Shown: piece by piece, positions 1 to 13,400 of the stretch
How positions within the stretch are numbered: the stretch's first letter is position 1
Layout of the letters: each line of letters starts with the position of its first letter
Program-made: the position numbers and the translations under genes
Assembly (NCBI GenBank): GCA_036785375.1
Contig: JAWMAR010000073.1
Location: forward strand, 372,001-436,000
Length of the DNA: 64,000 bases
Direction: 5' to 3'
Source: Leucoraja ocellata
Lineage: Eukaryota
The notes under the pieces: model-generated
Databases searched by the model: none
Told to the model about the DNA's origin: nothing
What the model saw: only the letters and a program-made list of their open reading frames with translations

Positions 1-190
1 CACTGATGTAGAGCAGCTGACACCTAGAGCAGCGGATGCAATAGATGAGGTTGGAGGAGGGGCAGGTGAACCTCTGCCGCACCTGGAAAGACTGCTTGGG
101 TCCTTGAATGGAGTCAAGGGGGGGGGGAGGTTTGGGTGGGAAGGGACAAATTGACCAGCGAGTTACGGAGGGAGCGGTCTCTGCGGAAAG
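1..190 (-). mobile_element. Penelope-like element fragment (GIY-YIG region)
   Basis: Minus strand reads NLIYCIRCSRCQLLYI, the same sequence as the copies at 27880-28990 and 39943-40820. Confidence 0.8.
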
Positions 191-592
191 CCTTTAGTGC
201 GGCTTTTTTTCGTTTGAAATAGTCCATGCCCTTCCCCGCCAGGTCGCTGTGACAAGACTCCAAAAGGATCTTCAATGTGCTGGGCTTCATGCTCTCGTGG
301 CTCAAAAGCATGGCACAGATAACACGTTGCGGCTTGACCACGGATTTTTGAACAATGCTTGAGGAGCCAAACTTGAGAAATGCTTCACCATACGCGCGCT
401 TCTTGGCAGACACGATTCACAACACACACAGTTTGTGTGCGTATACGTACGCGCATATGCAAACAAAATACTTTGTGTAGTATGTACCTTTGTTAGGTTC
501 CTAAACATGGGCTCAACAAATTGATATGTTATTTATGACCCCTTCATGACCCCTGGAAAAACCCCGAACAACTCCCAGGTTAAGAATCACTG
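191..592 (-). mobile_element. hAT (Charlie/Buster-like) DNA transposon, 5' end with transposase N-terminal relic
   Basis: ORF 114-413 reads KKRAYGEAFLKFG...PQRVICAMLLSHESMKPSTLK...H...YFKRK, a degenerate BED finger of Buster/ZBED5-type transposases. Terminus CAGTGATTCTTAACCTGG at 575-592, next to ctag. Confidence 0.75.
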
Positions 593-2329
593 CCCTAGTC
601 TCATGTGCCAATCCGTGATCTGACTTCATCTGCCTTACCTATCAGGCATTTTGCAACGATATAAATGCACGTTAAACCAACAATCTACTCTTACTCCCTA
701 CTGTGCTCCTGTCCGCTGTATCTACAGAACTTGGTCTCTACGTTCTGTATTTGCGTCAACCGTCTCATTACCCCATCTACCTGCCAGACAAGTTTAATTC
801 TGTCTTTCTACTGTAACTGTATCAGAGGAGAGCAGCAATCGCCACCAGGCCTGTGACACCATGATTGGCCCTGATGCACTGTTGTGATAGAAGTCTATAG
901 ACTACCTACCTAGCTACCTATCCGCATTTGCCTGCACGTGGTCTATATCCTCCATTCCCTGCAGTGTTGAGGATTGAACCAGGGTCAATGGAACTATGAA
1001 GTGGCTTCATTAACTGCTGCACCACTACATTCAGCCCTTTTCCTTGCATAAAATGTTCATTTTATATTTTTTATCAAACTTCATCTTTTAAATGTATCTT
1101 GCAAATTGTAGGTGGATATATATTCCATATTTTTTGTTTTTCTGATTTGATCTGATATCTAGATGAAAGTATGGATTGCTGCAATTAAAGTAATGCTGCT
1201 TTTAAGTCGGTCTTTGTAATTAAATATATTTAATCTCAGTGACTGGCCCAATGCCTATCTTTTATACCTGTTGTTCTCAGTAGAAAGACAGTTACTGAAA
1301 TGGCTTCTTTAGTTGTCATGGCAGCAGCAGGTTTGACACAGACTAGAATAGCGTGGCTTTGCCTTCACTTTGCACTGATCTACTGTGGGTGTGTGAGTTC
1401 AGACAGCATAGTTTGTCACTGGATCACCGACTCACAGCACTGTTCTGACTGCTCACTCATCCTCAAACTACTTTTTCATGGAGCCAGCGGGAGGAAGGCG
1501 TGTTGCTGCGGTGCTCAAAACTCAGTGTAACATTTCAAATTCACCCGTACTTATGAATATTGTTTTTTTTAATTATTGTTGACTCTGTTAGGTAACAGTT
1601 ATTCGATTGCTGGCTCATTTAAAAAACTTCTGACAGTCTCGGTGCTTGTGTTTTATGTGATTATTGCGAGGCTTTTTTTAATGATATTAAGCTGTTATTT
1701 TTCCTTGTGTTGATAGATAAGTTTAACTTTTATAGTTGCACTAATTGATTTGCATCAGTATGCAAGATCGTGTATGTTGGCATAATGTCCACACCCACCA
1801 CTAGTGGAGAACACCTGTTTCCGTTCTTGGCTGTTTTATGATCTGGGTTGGTTATCAAGTCATACGGCACGGAAGTGCAGTCGGTCCAATGATCAGTGAT
1901 GTTGATGCTAGGGTCTTGCTGCTGAAGTTGGACTTTGGAGTATCGTGTGTGACGTTGGTCAAGTGTTAGATGAAGTTATGCCAGGACAGAGCGTGTGGCT
2001 GTGCTCGTTAACGATTAGAGCCATGCACCCTTACCTCCGGCTCTGCTGGGAACTGCCCGTCCTTGTGTGAAATGGCAAGTTTTATACATCAGATGGTGTT
2101 CTTAACAACTAAGCCTTTGTATTCCATTTGCCCCAACCGGCATGAAACTGAAGCACAGGTCGTGTGGGTCGATTTCCTCCACTCCTTTAAAAGAGGTGGT
2201 GAGATCCTTGTCAGTGCCTATCAGAACAATTTATTTCCCTATACACCTGCACCTATACATTAATGCATGCCCATCAACTTCACTTTGTTATTTTTTTCAT
2301 TAATCTACACCAAAGGGCAATTTGCAGGT

Positions 2330-2465
2330 CAGTGTGAAGAAGGATCTCGACCCGAAACGTCGCCCATTCCTTCTCTCCAGAGATGCTGCCTCACCCGCTG
2401 AGTTACTCCAGCATTTTGTGTCTACCTTCGATTTAAACCAGCATCTGCAGTTCTTCCTTACACGC
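2330..2465 (+). mobile_element. Penelope-derived short repeat (pseudo-LTR-like) with degenerate hammerhead core
   Basis: gtgaagaaggatctcgacccgaaacgtc...gctgagttactccagcattttgtgtc...catctgcagttc, which recurs many times in the window. Confidence 0.7.
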
Positions 2466-2917
2466 TCAATGAGGTGAAGTTGAGCCAGGAGCTGGCGCCA
2501 GTATTGGGGAAGGAACCAAGCAAAGTGCCAGTTATTGCTCTTCCCCTGAGCAACAAACCACTGGAGAAAGTCAGCAGGTCAGGCGGCATTTGGGGAGGAA
2601 AATGGACAGACAGTTTTGGTCTGGGCCCTTCTTCAGACCGATGGACTTGTGATGGCCATCCTGACTTGTTGCGTTCCTCCAGCAGTTAGTTTTTTGCTCA
2701 GGATTCCAACATCTGCTGCCCCTTGTTTCTCCATTGCTATTGTTGCCCTGGTGATGCGTGGCCAGCATGGACAAGGGAACCTATGGAACCTGAGCTGCCA
2801 GAGCTCTTGTAGTGGGAGGTGCTGTGAATTTTGTACACTTTGCAATGTGGCATTAAGTCTGGAATTAAGTGTGCCTTGAACCCGAACAAGGGGGTTTAAT
2901 CTGTTGTTTGTTCTCAG

Positions 2918-3138
2918 GAGGCAGCTGAGGGAACTGCGGCAGGGTTGCCAGAGCAAGCAGCAGGAGTACGAGGAATACAAACAGAAGCTGAGGGGATTGG
3001 AAATATTCTACCAAGAACAAATACGCCAGCAACAATGCTACATTGAGGAACTGCGCCAACGCATGCAAGCAACGCAGTCAACAGCAGAACAAGAGCTTAC
3101 AGATGATCAGGAGCAGCTGAAGCTGCGGATTGAGGAAA
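2918..3138 (+). CDS. STARD9: STARD9 (KIF16A) internal coding exon, coiled coil
   Basis: Acceptor ttctcag|G, donor A|gtacgt. Encodes RQLRELRQGCQSKQQEYEEYKQKLRGLEIFYQEQIRQQQCYIEELRQR...KLRIEE. Phase 2 to 1, in frame with the next exon. Confidence 0.85.
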
Positions 3139-3174
3139 GTACGTAGTCTCACCCTTCTCCACTCGCTCACGGTT

Positions 3175-3700
3175 GACAATAGACAACAGGCAATAAGTGC
3201 AAGAGTAGGCCATTCGGCCCTTCAAGCCAACACCACCATTCAATGTGATCATGGCTGATCATCCACATTCAGTAACCTGTTCCTGCCTTCTCCCCATATC
3301 CCTTGACTCCGTTACCTTTTAGAGCTCCATCTAACTCTCTCTTGAAAGCATCCAAGGAATTGGCCTCCAATGCCTTCCTAAGCAGAGAATTCCACAGATT
3401 CACAACTCTCTGGGTGAATTTTTTTTCCTCATCTCCCTTCTAAATGGCTTACCCCTTATTTAAACTGTAGCCCCTGGCTCTGGACTCCCCCAACATGTTT
3501 CCTGCCTCTAGCGTGTCTAATCCCTTAATAATCTTATATGTTTCAATAAGATAACCTCTCATCCTTCTAAATTCCCGTGTATACATGCCCAGTCGGACCA
3601 TTCTTTCAACATATCCCGCCATCCTGGGAATTAACCTTGTAAACCTACACTGCACTCCCTCAATAACAAGAATGTCCTTAACGGTAGATAAATCTCCAGG
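3175..3700 (-). mobile_element. CR1 LINE 3' fragment
   Basis: ORF 3449-3706 IEGVQCRFTRLIPRMAGY...RRMRGYLIETYKIIKG, the CR1 ORF2 C-terminus, plus 3'UTR. Confidence 0.8.
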
Positions 3701-3729
3701 GCCCAATACTAAACTAGAGAGTTTCCCAC

Positions 3730-5238
3730 AATGTAGGAACTAGGGAGCACTGGTTGAAATTTACGAGTCGTCCTTAAACACAGCAGAGGTGCCAGAAGAC
3801 TGGAGGGTGGCAAATGTTGTGCCTCTTTTCAAGAAGGGCTGCAGGGAAAATGCTGGGAACTATAGGCCGGTGAGCTTAAAATTCTGTACTTAGTAAGTTA
3901 CTGGAGAGTATTCTGAGGGATAGGATATACAGGCATTTGGATGGGCATGGCTGATGAGGGATAGTCAGCATGGTTTTGAACGTGGGAGGTGGTGTCTCAC
4001 AATCTGATTGATTTTTTTGAAGGCGTGATCAAAAAGATTGATGAGGGCAGAGCTGTAGATGTTGCGTACATGGACTTCATTTCAGTGAGGCGTTCGACAA
4101 GGTGCTGCATGGTAGGCTGCTCTGGAAGGTTAGATCACGTGGGATCCAAGGAGAAATAGCTGAATGGATAGCAAATTGGCTCCATGGAAGGAAGCAGAGG
4201 GTGATGGTGGATGGTTGCTTCTCAGACTGGATGCCTGTGACTAGTGGTGTGCCTCAGGGTTCGGTGCTGGGCCCATTACTGTTTGTCATCTGCATCAATG
4301 ATTAGGATGAGAACTTTACATGGAAAGATTAGCAAGTTTGCTGATGATACAAAAGTTAGTGGCTTTGCAGATAGTGAAGAAGGTTGTGAACGATTGCAGC
4401 CGGATCTGGATTGATTGGCCAGGTGGGCGGAGGAATGGTTGATAGAATTTAATACAGAGAAGTGTGAGGTGTTGCATTTTGGGACGTCGAACAAATGCAG
4501 GACCTACACAATAAATGATAAGCCTCTGGGTTATGTTGTAGAGCAGAGGGATCTAGGAGTACAAGTGCATGGTTTCTTGAAGGTCGAGTGGCAGGTAGAT
4601 AAGGTGGTCAAAAAGGCCTTCTTCAGTCAGAGTATTGAGTATAGAAGTTGGGAAGTCATGTTGCAGTTGTATATGACGTTTGTGAGAGCGCATTTAGAAT
4701 ATTGTGTTCAGTCCTGGGCACCATGTTATAGGAAAGATATTGTCAATCTTGAAACGGTTCAGAAAAGATTTACGAGGATGTTGCCAGGACTAGAGCTATA
4801 GGGAACGGTTGAGTAGGCTGGGTCTCTATTCCATGGAGCACAGGAGGATAAGGGGTGATCTTATAGAAGTTTATACGATCATGAGAGGAATAAATCTGCA
4901 CAGAGTCTTTTGCCCAGAGTAGGGGAATCGAGGACCAGAGGACATAAGTTCACGTTGAAGAGGAAAAGATTTAATAGGAATCGGAGGGGCAACTTTTTCT
5001 CACAACGGATGGTGGGTGTATGGAAAAAGCTGCCAGAGAAGGTAGTTGAAGAAACGTTTGGAATTTCCATGGGGAAATTGTTTAAGAAACATTTAGACAG
5101 GTACATGGATAGGACAGGTTTGGAAGGATATGGACCAAGCGCAGGCAAGTGGGACAAGTGTAGCTGGGACATTGTTGGCTGGTGTGAACGAGTTGGGCCG
5201 AAGAGCCCGTTTCCACACTGTATCATTCTTTGACTATG
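3730..5238 (+). mobile_element. CR1 LINE, 5'-truncated and frameshifted RT
   Basis: [62 protein letters not shown]. Confidence 0.9.
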
Positions 5239-6188
5239 AGCCAGCTTTTGTTTTAATGCATAGTTCATTCCCACCCCCTATTAACTTGCATTAAGAAAGC
5301 CTTTCTGTCTTACACCTTGTCATATTGCTTCCAGGTCCATCTGCATCCTTGTCCTTGCTGCCTCTGTGTTTGTTAACTGGTCATTGATCAGTTGGGGTGG
5401 TCATCCAGAAGAATGGGAGAACTAAACAATTGTGGGTCAAAGAGGTGCTCTCTAAATTGTATAGCCTCCCAGTGTCGGGGGTGGGGGGGTTGGGAGGAAA
5501 ACCCTGATGGGAGACTGCAGCCAGTGCTTTGAGGGACACAGACCTGTAATTAAGAGAGTCACTGAGATGATGGCATTCAGGAAGGAAAGAGCCAGAGAGG
5601 GAGAGGTGGGATAATTTGATCATAATCTTTAGAGGAAGCAAACCTACTACACGATGTCGCAGAAAATCGCCACCCCCTCCAAGAGCCAGCCTCTCCTGCC
5701 TCAGTGTTCCCAATTGCTCTTTGGCAACTGTGGAATTAAATGTGCTGGGGCACCCGTGGTACAAAGCTAAAACAGTACAGGAACAGGACCTTTGGCCCAC
5801 AATGTCTGCATCAAACAGGATGCTGTTAAACTAACCCCCTGTCTGCACCCATCCCTCTGTGTAAATATAACTTACCCTGCACATCTCCTTTAAAATAACT
5901 TCTGTACTCTTATACTCATGTTGAAAATATGTTGAAGAAGTGGCTCATCTTTCTAGACCAGTAGACTTGAATGACATATAACCCTTCATTAAAACTGACA
6001 GTAGCTGTGTACACGATTGTTAACCATTCCCATGTTTTATTCTTATCCCCCACCTGATGAATCGTGAATAAGGAGAAACCAAGGCAGAAATTGCTGAATC
6101 AAAACCAACAACAGTGTTTCTGTCATCACAGATGTTGTCAGGATGGATATGTTTCTAACATTCGATTATTATTATTTTTTTCCCCCAG

Positions 6189-6720
6189 ACAAGCAACATC
6201 TAGCAAATGAAGAAAACCGCTTGGTTTGCCTGGAACAGCAGAGACAAGAGCTGGGGACACAGACTGACTCGGCATCATTTGCTGAGTGTGGAGTCCAGAT
6301 CTGTCTGCAAATGGAAGAGATTCCATTAATTGAGCAGGACCGAAAGCGATTGATGCAGCTGGAGCTTCTGCAAAGGCTCTCATTGAGGAAAGCTGAGCGG
6401 AGTATCCGCAAGAAGAGAGTCAAGTATCAGCTGGAGAGAATCGCTGAGAAACACAAGCTTTTAGAGGCAAAGACAAAATTGCGATACTTGGAAGCTGCAA
6501 GTTTACTCAGCAGGAAGCAATGTGGACAATTGACAGTGGGCAAAGCCAGCACTTTACAATCTGGCCTGAATCCTAAACTGACATGGTGGAGCAAATCATT
6601 CCCTCCAAGCTCCTCACCCACGAGAAGACGTTCATTATCCATTCCCTCTCTCACTAGGAGACATTCAGATTCAAGTGACCGGGTATCACACATGTACCCA
6701 CAGTATGCACCATTTTACAG
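6189..6720 (+). CDS. STARD9: STARD9 internal coding exon
   Basis: Acceptor tcccccag, donor AG|gtatgc. Encodes RKRLMQLELLQRLSLRKAERSIRKKRVKYQLERIAEKHKLLEAK, a STARD9-like coiled coil. Phase 1 to 2. Confidence 0.9.
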
Positions 6721-6944
6721 GTATGCTTTCGTGGTATTGTCAATTGGTTTGTTTGCAGCTTGTGAGTAGAGAACTACCTAATAGGATTTCATATTGGTCA
6801 GCCTTCTGCTTGGTAACAAGCACACGGTCTTTTATTCAATCAAACTACATTTAAATAGTAAGAAATGCAATAAAAGCAGACTCGATCCACATCCTCACCA
6901 TCAGGTCACGGGAAATTGATTTACTATCATTCAGCAAAATTGGA

Positions 6945-7300
6945 AGCTTGCAGTAACTTTAACAACATCCAACATCTCAAAGTGCTTTACAGTTTGTGAA
7001 GTACTTTTAAAGATGTTTACCTTGATGTCTGTGTAATTAGGTCATAGCTCATTTGCACACAGCAAGCAGTGAGATAATAATTAGTAACCTGGTTGTGATG
7101 TTGCCTCAGGGATGAACATTGGCCTGATCAGAGGGATGTGGGAATTTATTTTGCATCCTCCTGCACCTTCAGTTTGATGTCTCAGCTGAAGAAAGACACC
7201 TCCAGTCCTGCAGAACATGGCTGTGGCTGTGTGGCACAGTGTTTTATGTGCAAGTCTCTGAGCCAACAACTGCCCCAGTGGCAACACTGAGCTCTCATGA
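6945..7300 (-). mobile_element. Old DeuSINE (SacSINE1/AmnSINE1-like) remnant
   Basis: Blocks caaagtgctttacag...tgaagtactttt, atttgcacacagcaag, tgatgttg...agggatgaacattggcc and gtttgatgtctca...gaaagacacctcc match the reverse complement of the Deu-SINE consensus as I recall it. Confidence 0.55.
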
Positions 7301-7498
7301 CCCCAATAAGAATGTCAAGTGGCAGTTCTGAGAAACACCGGGGCTAAGTAGCTTTATTTTTTTTTAAAAGCATAATTATCAACCTAAACAGACTGAATCA
7401 CAAGTCTATGGGAAATTAAGGGATTTAATTTTTTTTTAAATAAGTTTGACTGACTAACAATTTTAATTGCATTTAATATTTTCCAATGATTTTTACAG

Positions 7499-10400
7499 TG
7501 ATTTCCTGAAGACAAAAAGTTTGGCTACCTCAACTCAAATGAAGAAGATTCACCGCAAAGCACAGAAATCTCTTTCAGTGGGATCTTTACCCAAAATGGC
7601 ATTCCCCATGACAAGGAAGCAAGCTTTAAAAGGGGGGAGCAAAATAATTTCACCGGTTTGGAACCAATTACAACAGAAATGCAAAGTTGCTGAGCACGAG
7701 GACGTCAGAGCTGTAAAGCCGTTAATTAAAAACAGCCCAGGGCAGTCAAAAACAATTGAAATCGGCAGCGACCAACTAGAGGTCCAAGTCAGTATTGTCT
7801 CTGAGACTACGATGCGAAGGTCAGACTGGATGGCATGTTCAGGAGATGGCCAAAGAATCTCAGATAAGATGCTTGGATTAACAGATGAGGATGTGAAGAA
7901 GGATGTCTCATGGAAATGTGCACTTGAGAGCACTGGTAATAGTTCATCACCCACAACCGTATGTAATAGGACACCAGCCAAGCAATTGTTCAGGACTAAA
8001 AGTTTCTGTACAGTGACCGAGGGCCAGGGGGCTTCAATGGTCGACCTTGCCCAACATTGGGAAAATGTGCCTCTCCTTTGCAATGCTAGGAAGTGGAATA
8101 GCGTTGAAATACTGAATGCCAATGTCACGGCAGTTTCTGATGATTCACCAAGGGACTGGTTGGGAGAGGAGGAGCCGTCAGACAATGATAGCTTGTACTC
8201 TGTGGACTCTCTCTCAGCCGCATATGCAAAGGCTATAACGGAGCAGTTACAGAAAGAGGAAACAGAGGAACAGCAATCCAAACAGCAGGCGAACTGTAGT
8301 GAAAGTGATGATAGTGAAATGTCTCAGGATTCACTGGCAGACAGGGATGTACACTCACCTGATGCATTCCAAGGCAGTGCACACTGTGTTGGGGCACCCT
8401 TATCTCACATAAAGACATCAAGCCACACACTTGCAAGCAGAAGGAAAAGTGTTTCTGTGGACAGCCTCACTGATATGGGTGAAGCTGGTGTTCTTTTTGC
8501 GATGGATTCACCTGGGTTAACAGCTTCTGATGAAATGCCAGCAGAGAGATACTGGAATCTACCCTGGAATGAAGTTGATGAAAAAGAAACCTCTCAGAAT
8601 AATAAAGTGCTGATTGAAGAAAAGGACAGTGTTGGGGCTCTGAGACTAAACGAGCAGAGTTTTAATTTGGGCAGTAACACAAAGTTGAAGGTCATGACCT
8701 TAGATAACAATACACATTTGGAAAATTTGAAACCTAATAGAAATGACATGGATCCTCTGATCATGGCGACTGCTTGGTCATTCTGTGAGTCTAGTTCCAA
8801 GACTAATGTAGAGACTGTTTCATCTGATGCTTCAGTTCTGGCAGTCTCATCAGTTGAAACTGATTGCTATGGAAAAGCAGGTACTGAATTAATGAAAGCA
8901 TCTGAAGCAAGTAAGATCCCCCCTGTGTTTAATTGTGATCTATTCCAGCCTAATGTCGTGTATAACTTGCACATGCTAACTGTGCCTGCAACTTGTAGAG
9001 AGAATCATACACCATGGGCTGAGAACAATCAAGGAATGTTGGATAGGGAAGAGGATTCAGCTCAAACGCAGGAAATCTTCCTCAGTCCATGTGCAACTGT
9101 TGGAGAAACAGTGCTAAACTCACCACGTGCTGATCATAACATGGCTTATGTTACTGGAGTGCTTTCAACTGCAGAAATGAACACCAAACATTTATTGACA
9201 AGTATTTCAGCAGGAATATCCAATTCGTCAGACAGTGTATATTCTGCACAACACTCCAGTTCACTAATGGAATCTGAAGAATTTATACTGTCGTCCACAT
9301 GCAGTTCCACAACATGTTTGAAACCTAAAACCTTTAGTACAAATGCTGATATTGCCATGAAGGGCGCTGATTCAGAATTGGAGGTAACAGAAAGACAATG
9401 CAAGGTTACAGAACCAGAAATAAGCTGCAGACAATCCCAACACAATCAGTTGAGAGACAGTGACTATCACAAAAATGATCAAATACATGGCAGTGCCTCC
9501 AAGATGAAAGCAGCCAAGCTCAATACCTCATGCAACTTTGAGAAGAAATCCTTTTCTGAAACTGAACAATTTATTTCACCTGGAGAAGAGTTACATTGCC
9601 ATAGGCAATCAAACAATGAGACTGAATTGCATCGAGTTACTAAACCTTCATTACAGCAACTTGACCCCATAATGTTGGAAAAATATGCTACAAATGTGGA
9701 AAAAGCCCCAGGCACCCAAAGAATATCTTCCAATTATAGGTGGTCCTCTTTTACTGGAGAAAATAATGACTTAGACAATAATTTGTCTGTGGAGACAGAG
9801 ATTCTGGGACCGTTAACACAAAATTTAACCAGATCAGTGTTGGGAAGTGTGTTGCAAGGCAATGGTTGTGATAGCGTTCACTCAGTTTCAATGAAGAATG
9901 GAATGAGTCAAACAGAAGAATCCTCGTCAGAACATGAAGCTGGAAAACATTTTGTAATGTGGCAGCATCCGGGTGCAGGATGCACTGCAACTAAAGGCAG
10001 CGAAGGGTATCCATTTACCAAGTTTATAATGGAGCAACAGTCTGTTGCTCAAACTCATATTTTGATGAATGATGACAAATATACTTCAACAGATGCTTTC
10101 ATGTACAGCCAAATGGATTCTGAAACCAAGTTCAGTGAACTCAGAACCCTTGATGCATATTTGTGCATGAAGGATAGCACAGTTTGTTCTAAAGATGCCC
10201 AGTTAAGAACCAGTGAGCCACAGGTCCAAAGTGTAATATCTGATGACACGGAAGACTTTGTATTGAAAGACCAAACTACTGAGATTGCACTGAGTGCTAT
10301 TTTAAACAATCCTGACATTGAAGACTGTTTGAACAATGAAAGCACACCGTTTTTTGGTGGTTCACAGGAGCAGAAAGGCATCTTACCCAGAGAAAAAGGC

Positions 10401-13400
10401 AATATTTTAAATGTGCCTGTTTCTGGACAAAATGCTGCCAGTTGTGTTAGTAAGCAGCCTGCAGAAGGTGCTGTTGAAAGCGGGATTTGGAATAGATTTC
10501 ATCAGGATTCTAATATGCTGGCAAACTCAAACAAACATACAAACAAACTCAACTTTTCTGATGCATCTGTTTCAAGAGGTCACCTCCTACAGAACTTTAT
10601 CAAAAAGACTGAACAGTTTAAGAAACAAGGTGAGAGTGGGTTTGAAATATTATTGTGTTCCAACACACAAAGAAGTCCAGTGACAAAGAACATAGTGCAC
10701 CGGATGGAATTAGTCAATCCACAGGTAACCGGACTTGGATTCCAAACTGAAATTGACAGATCTACTCCTAATAAAGAACCAGGTATTGACCAAAATAATA
10801 TTGCTACTGAGTTACGATTACAAGAACCCAACAGAAGTGCAGAAAGGTTCATAGATGATAATGTCTCTTGTCCTGTGTCTTTCCCATGTGGGTTTGAAGA
10901 CTCTGGCACAATTAGTGTTGGCAAGGATAATGCTAATCCAGCAAAAAGTATCAAGATAAAAAATAATGCACCTCCAGGAGGCATATCTAAAATTGATCCT
11001 GGTCTTCCCCTAGGCTTGATAGAAAAATCATTAACTGTGGAGAGTGATGAAGGTGCATCTAAAATTGCTTCTAGTCTTTCTGAAGAATTCTTGGCAAGTT
11101 CAGTAACTGTGAGAAGCATTGGCTTTTATAAGGAGTCGAAAAAATGGGAGGTCACCATTGAAGAGCACACTGATTGCGATGGACCTTCCAAAAATGCTGC
11201 TCAGACAATCAGTGGTGGAAGAGGAGAGATGCTTGATGGAGATGTTGAAAGTGATCAGAAGGAAACCGCTTATGCAGAATTAATTGAAAGGGATAACGTT
11301 GCATATGATTGTCCAGAGCAGAACAAATCAAACGAGAACAGTGTTGTGAATGGTGGAGCAGTGCAGGTTCCCAACAACTCTGGGGCAACGGATGTTCAGA
11401 GGACATTTGTACAGATCAGAAGATTCAATGTGGCAGAAATGGATGCATGTACTGGAACAACTAATGTTGATTTAGCAGATTTAGCCCTTTCTGGTCTACA
11501 GGACATCAGAAGCACATGTAGAGCTGGTTTTGGAAATGAACTAAATGAAATGATAGTCCCTCCTTGTGCGCATAGTGAGACATTGGGCAATGACCCTGCT
11601 GGAGATGGGAGAGCAGTTGAAAAATACACAGAAGCAGAAGGTCAACAGATATCTGAGGACTTCACTGCTCCCAAGTATTGTGCCAAACAATCTTGCATCA
11701 AAAATATTATTAAAGAAAATGATTGTACGGTTGGTAGAACAGCTGCAGAGAGATCTCGAGTGGCTGATTGTGTTGGTACTGAGTCTAGCAGCATAGCAGA
11801 TGCATCCAGGGTCCTGTTTCAGAATGAGACCAATGATACAGGGGGTGAAGCAGAACAGGCCAAGCAAGAGAACTCCAGAGAAGCTCAAACATTTTTAATG
11901 GAAAACAGGGACTATCAAACTCTTCGTCTAGAGGTGGTGCAAAGCATACAGACAGACTCACATCAGACACAATCAAAGAGTGGATATGAATCTCACCAGA
12001 AAAGAGAATTGATTCAAAAGAATAATCCAGATCGTGAAATTGAAGGCAAAATGAGTAATACTTTAAAACACCACAGAATTGAAACTCTAGATCTTAATCA
12101 TTTGCTGTTCAAAGTGGTTGACTGTAGCGCAGATAGGCGAGAGAGCACTGAAACTGTAAGTGCTTCTCCGAGAGAAGTTGTCACTAATATCAACAAATTT
12201 ATGGAGGCAATGAATGAAAACTATGATGACATCAAAGACTCAGCTAAAAGTAAAAAAGTGCAGGAGACCAGAGGTGGAGCTGAGCAAAGTGGATGTCTTT
12301 CCCTTATTCACAATGATGGAAGAACCAAAGTGGTGACATCTCAGGCGGGGGAAAGATCAATAACATGTGTGAGGGCTGACAACAAATCCAAGTCAAATCA
12401 TTCTCACCAAATGCCACCCCTGAGGTCTGGTGATGATACTAAAATTACTGATAAAATAATGGACATACATGTGGCCAAACCTCAATTAAACAAGGACATT
12501 CCGTGTGAAGAAAAAATGCAGAGTTTCAGCAGGACTGAAACTGGACATTCCAGAAATCCTTGCAAAATTAGTGGAACCTGCACGCTCGTCAATCAGGAAA
12601 TACTTAACTGCCAGGTTTCTCAAGGCATGGCACAGAGAAGTGAATTGAAACATATAGATGTGCGCACACAGTCCCCGCACCTGCAACAGAAAGGTGCCAC
12701 AGGCGCAGGAGATAAATTTGAACATGAAACAGAGGAGCATTCCTCTTCAAAGATTCACAAATCTGTTAAATCAATGAATTCTAATGACGAAGAACACAAT
12801 TTAACCTCAGAGGAATTAATGGTGGTAAAAAGATCTGAGACATTTCAAAAGGTGGAACAGTTTGACTCGATTCTGTGTCAAGAGATTACTGACCAGTGTG
12901 AAGCCAGTTTAGCGGCTGCACTGTGGGATAAGGCTGATCATTCATTAGGAGGTCAGGAGCATTTACAAGTGGCAGGAATAGAGAAGTGTGGAACCATGGA
13001 TTCAGGAGCATCCCCGGGTAATGGTACACCAGGTGGTGCTGGTGCTGATTGCAATGTAAACAATGTGACCTGCAGTCAGCATTTTGACCAATTTCCTTTG
13101 AAGAAGCATGGATTGTCTACAAAAGCCATTCTTCAGCCAGAGCTGGCTGACAGCAGGACAATAACTGATGGTTGCGTGTGTTCCAAGGGCAATGTTTTAC
13201 TGCAGCACAGTGAACAGAGTTCATCACAGCCAACAGGACAAACCTACAACAAAGCTGCCTACCAGCCAAGCAAGCATGCAGTTGAAGGGGAGGGTACAAA
13301 TAGTGGAGTGGTGGCACCGCAGTCTTGTCTTGGCCCAGAGGTGACTGGAGGAGATCGCCATGTTTACCAACCCACCAGCAGCACAGAAGAGTGTTCAACA

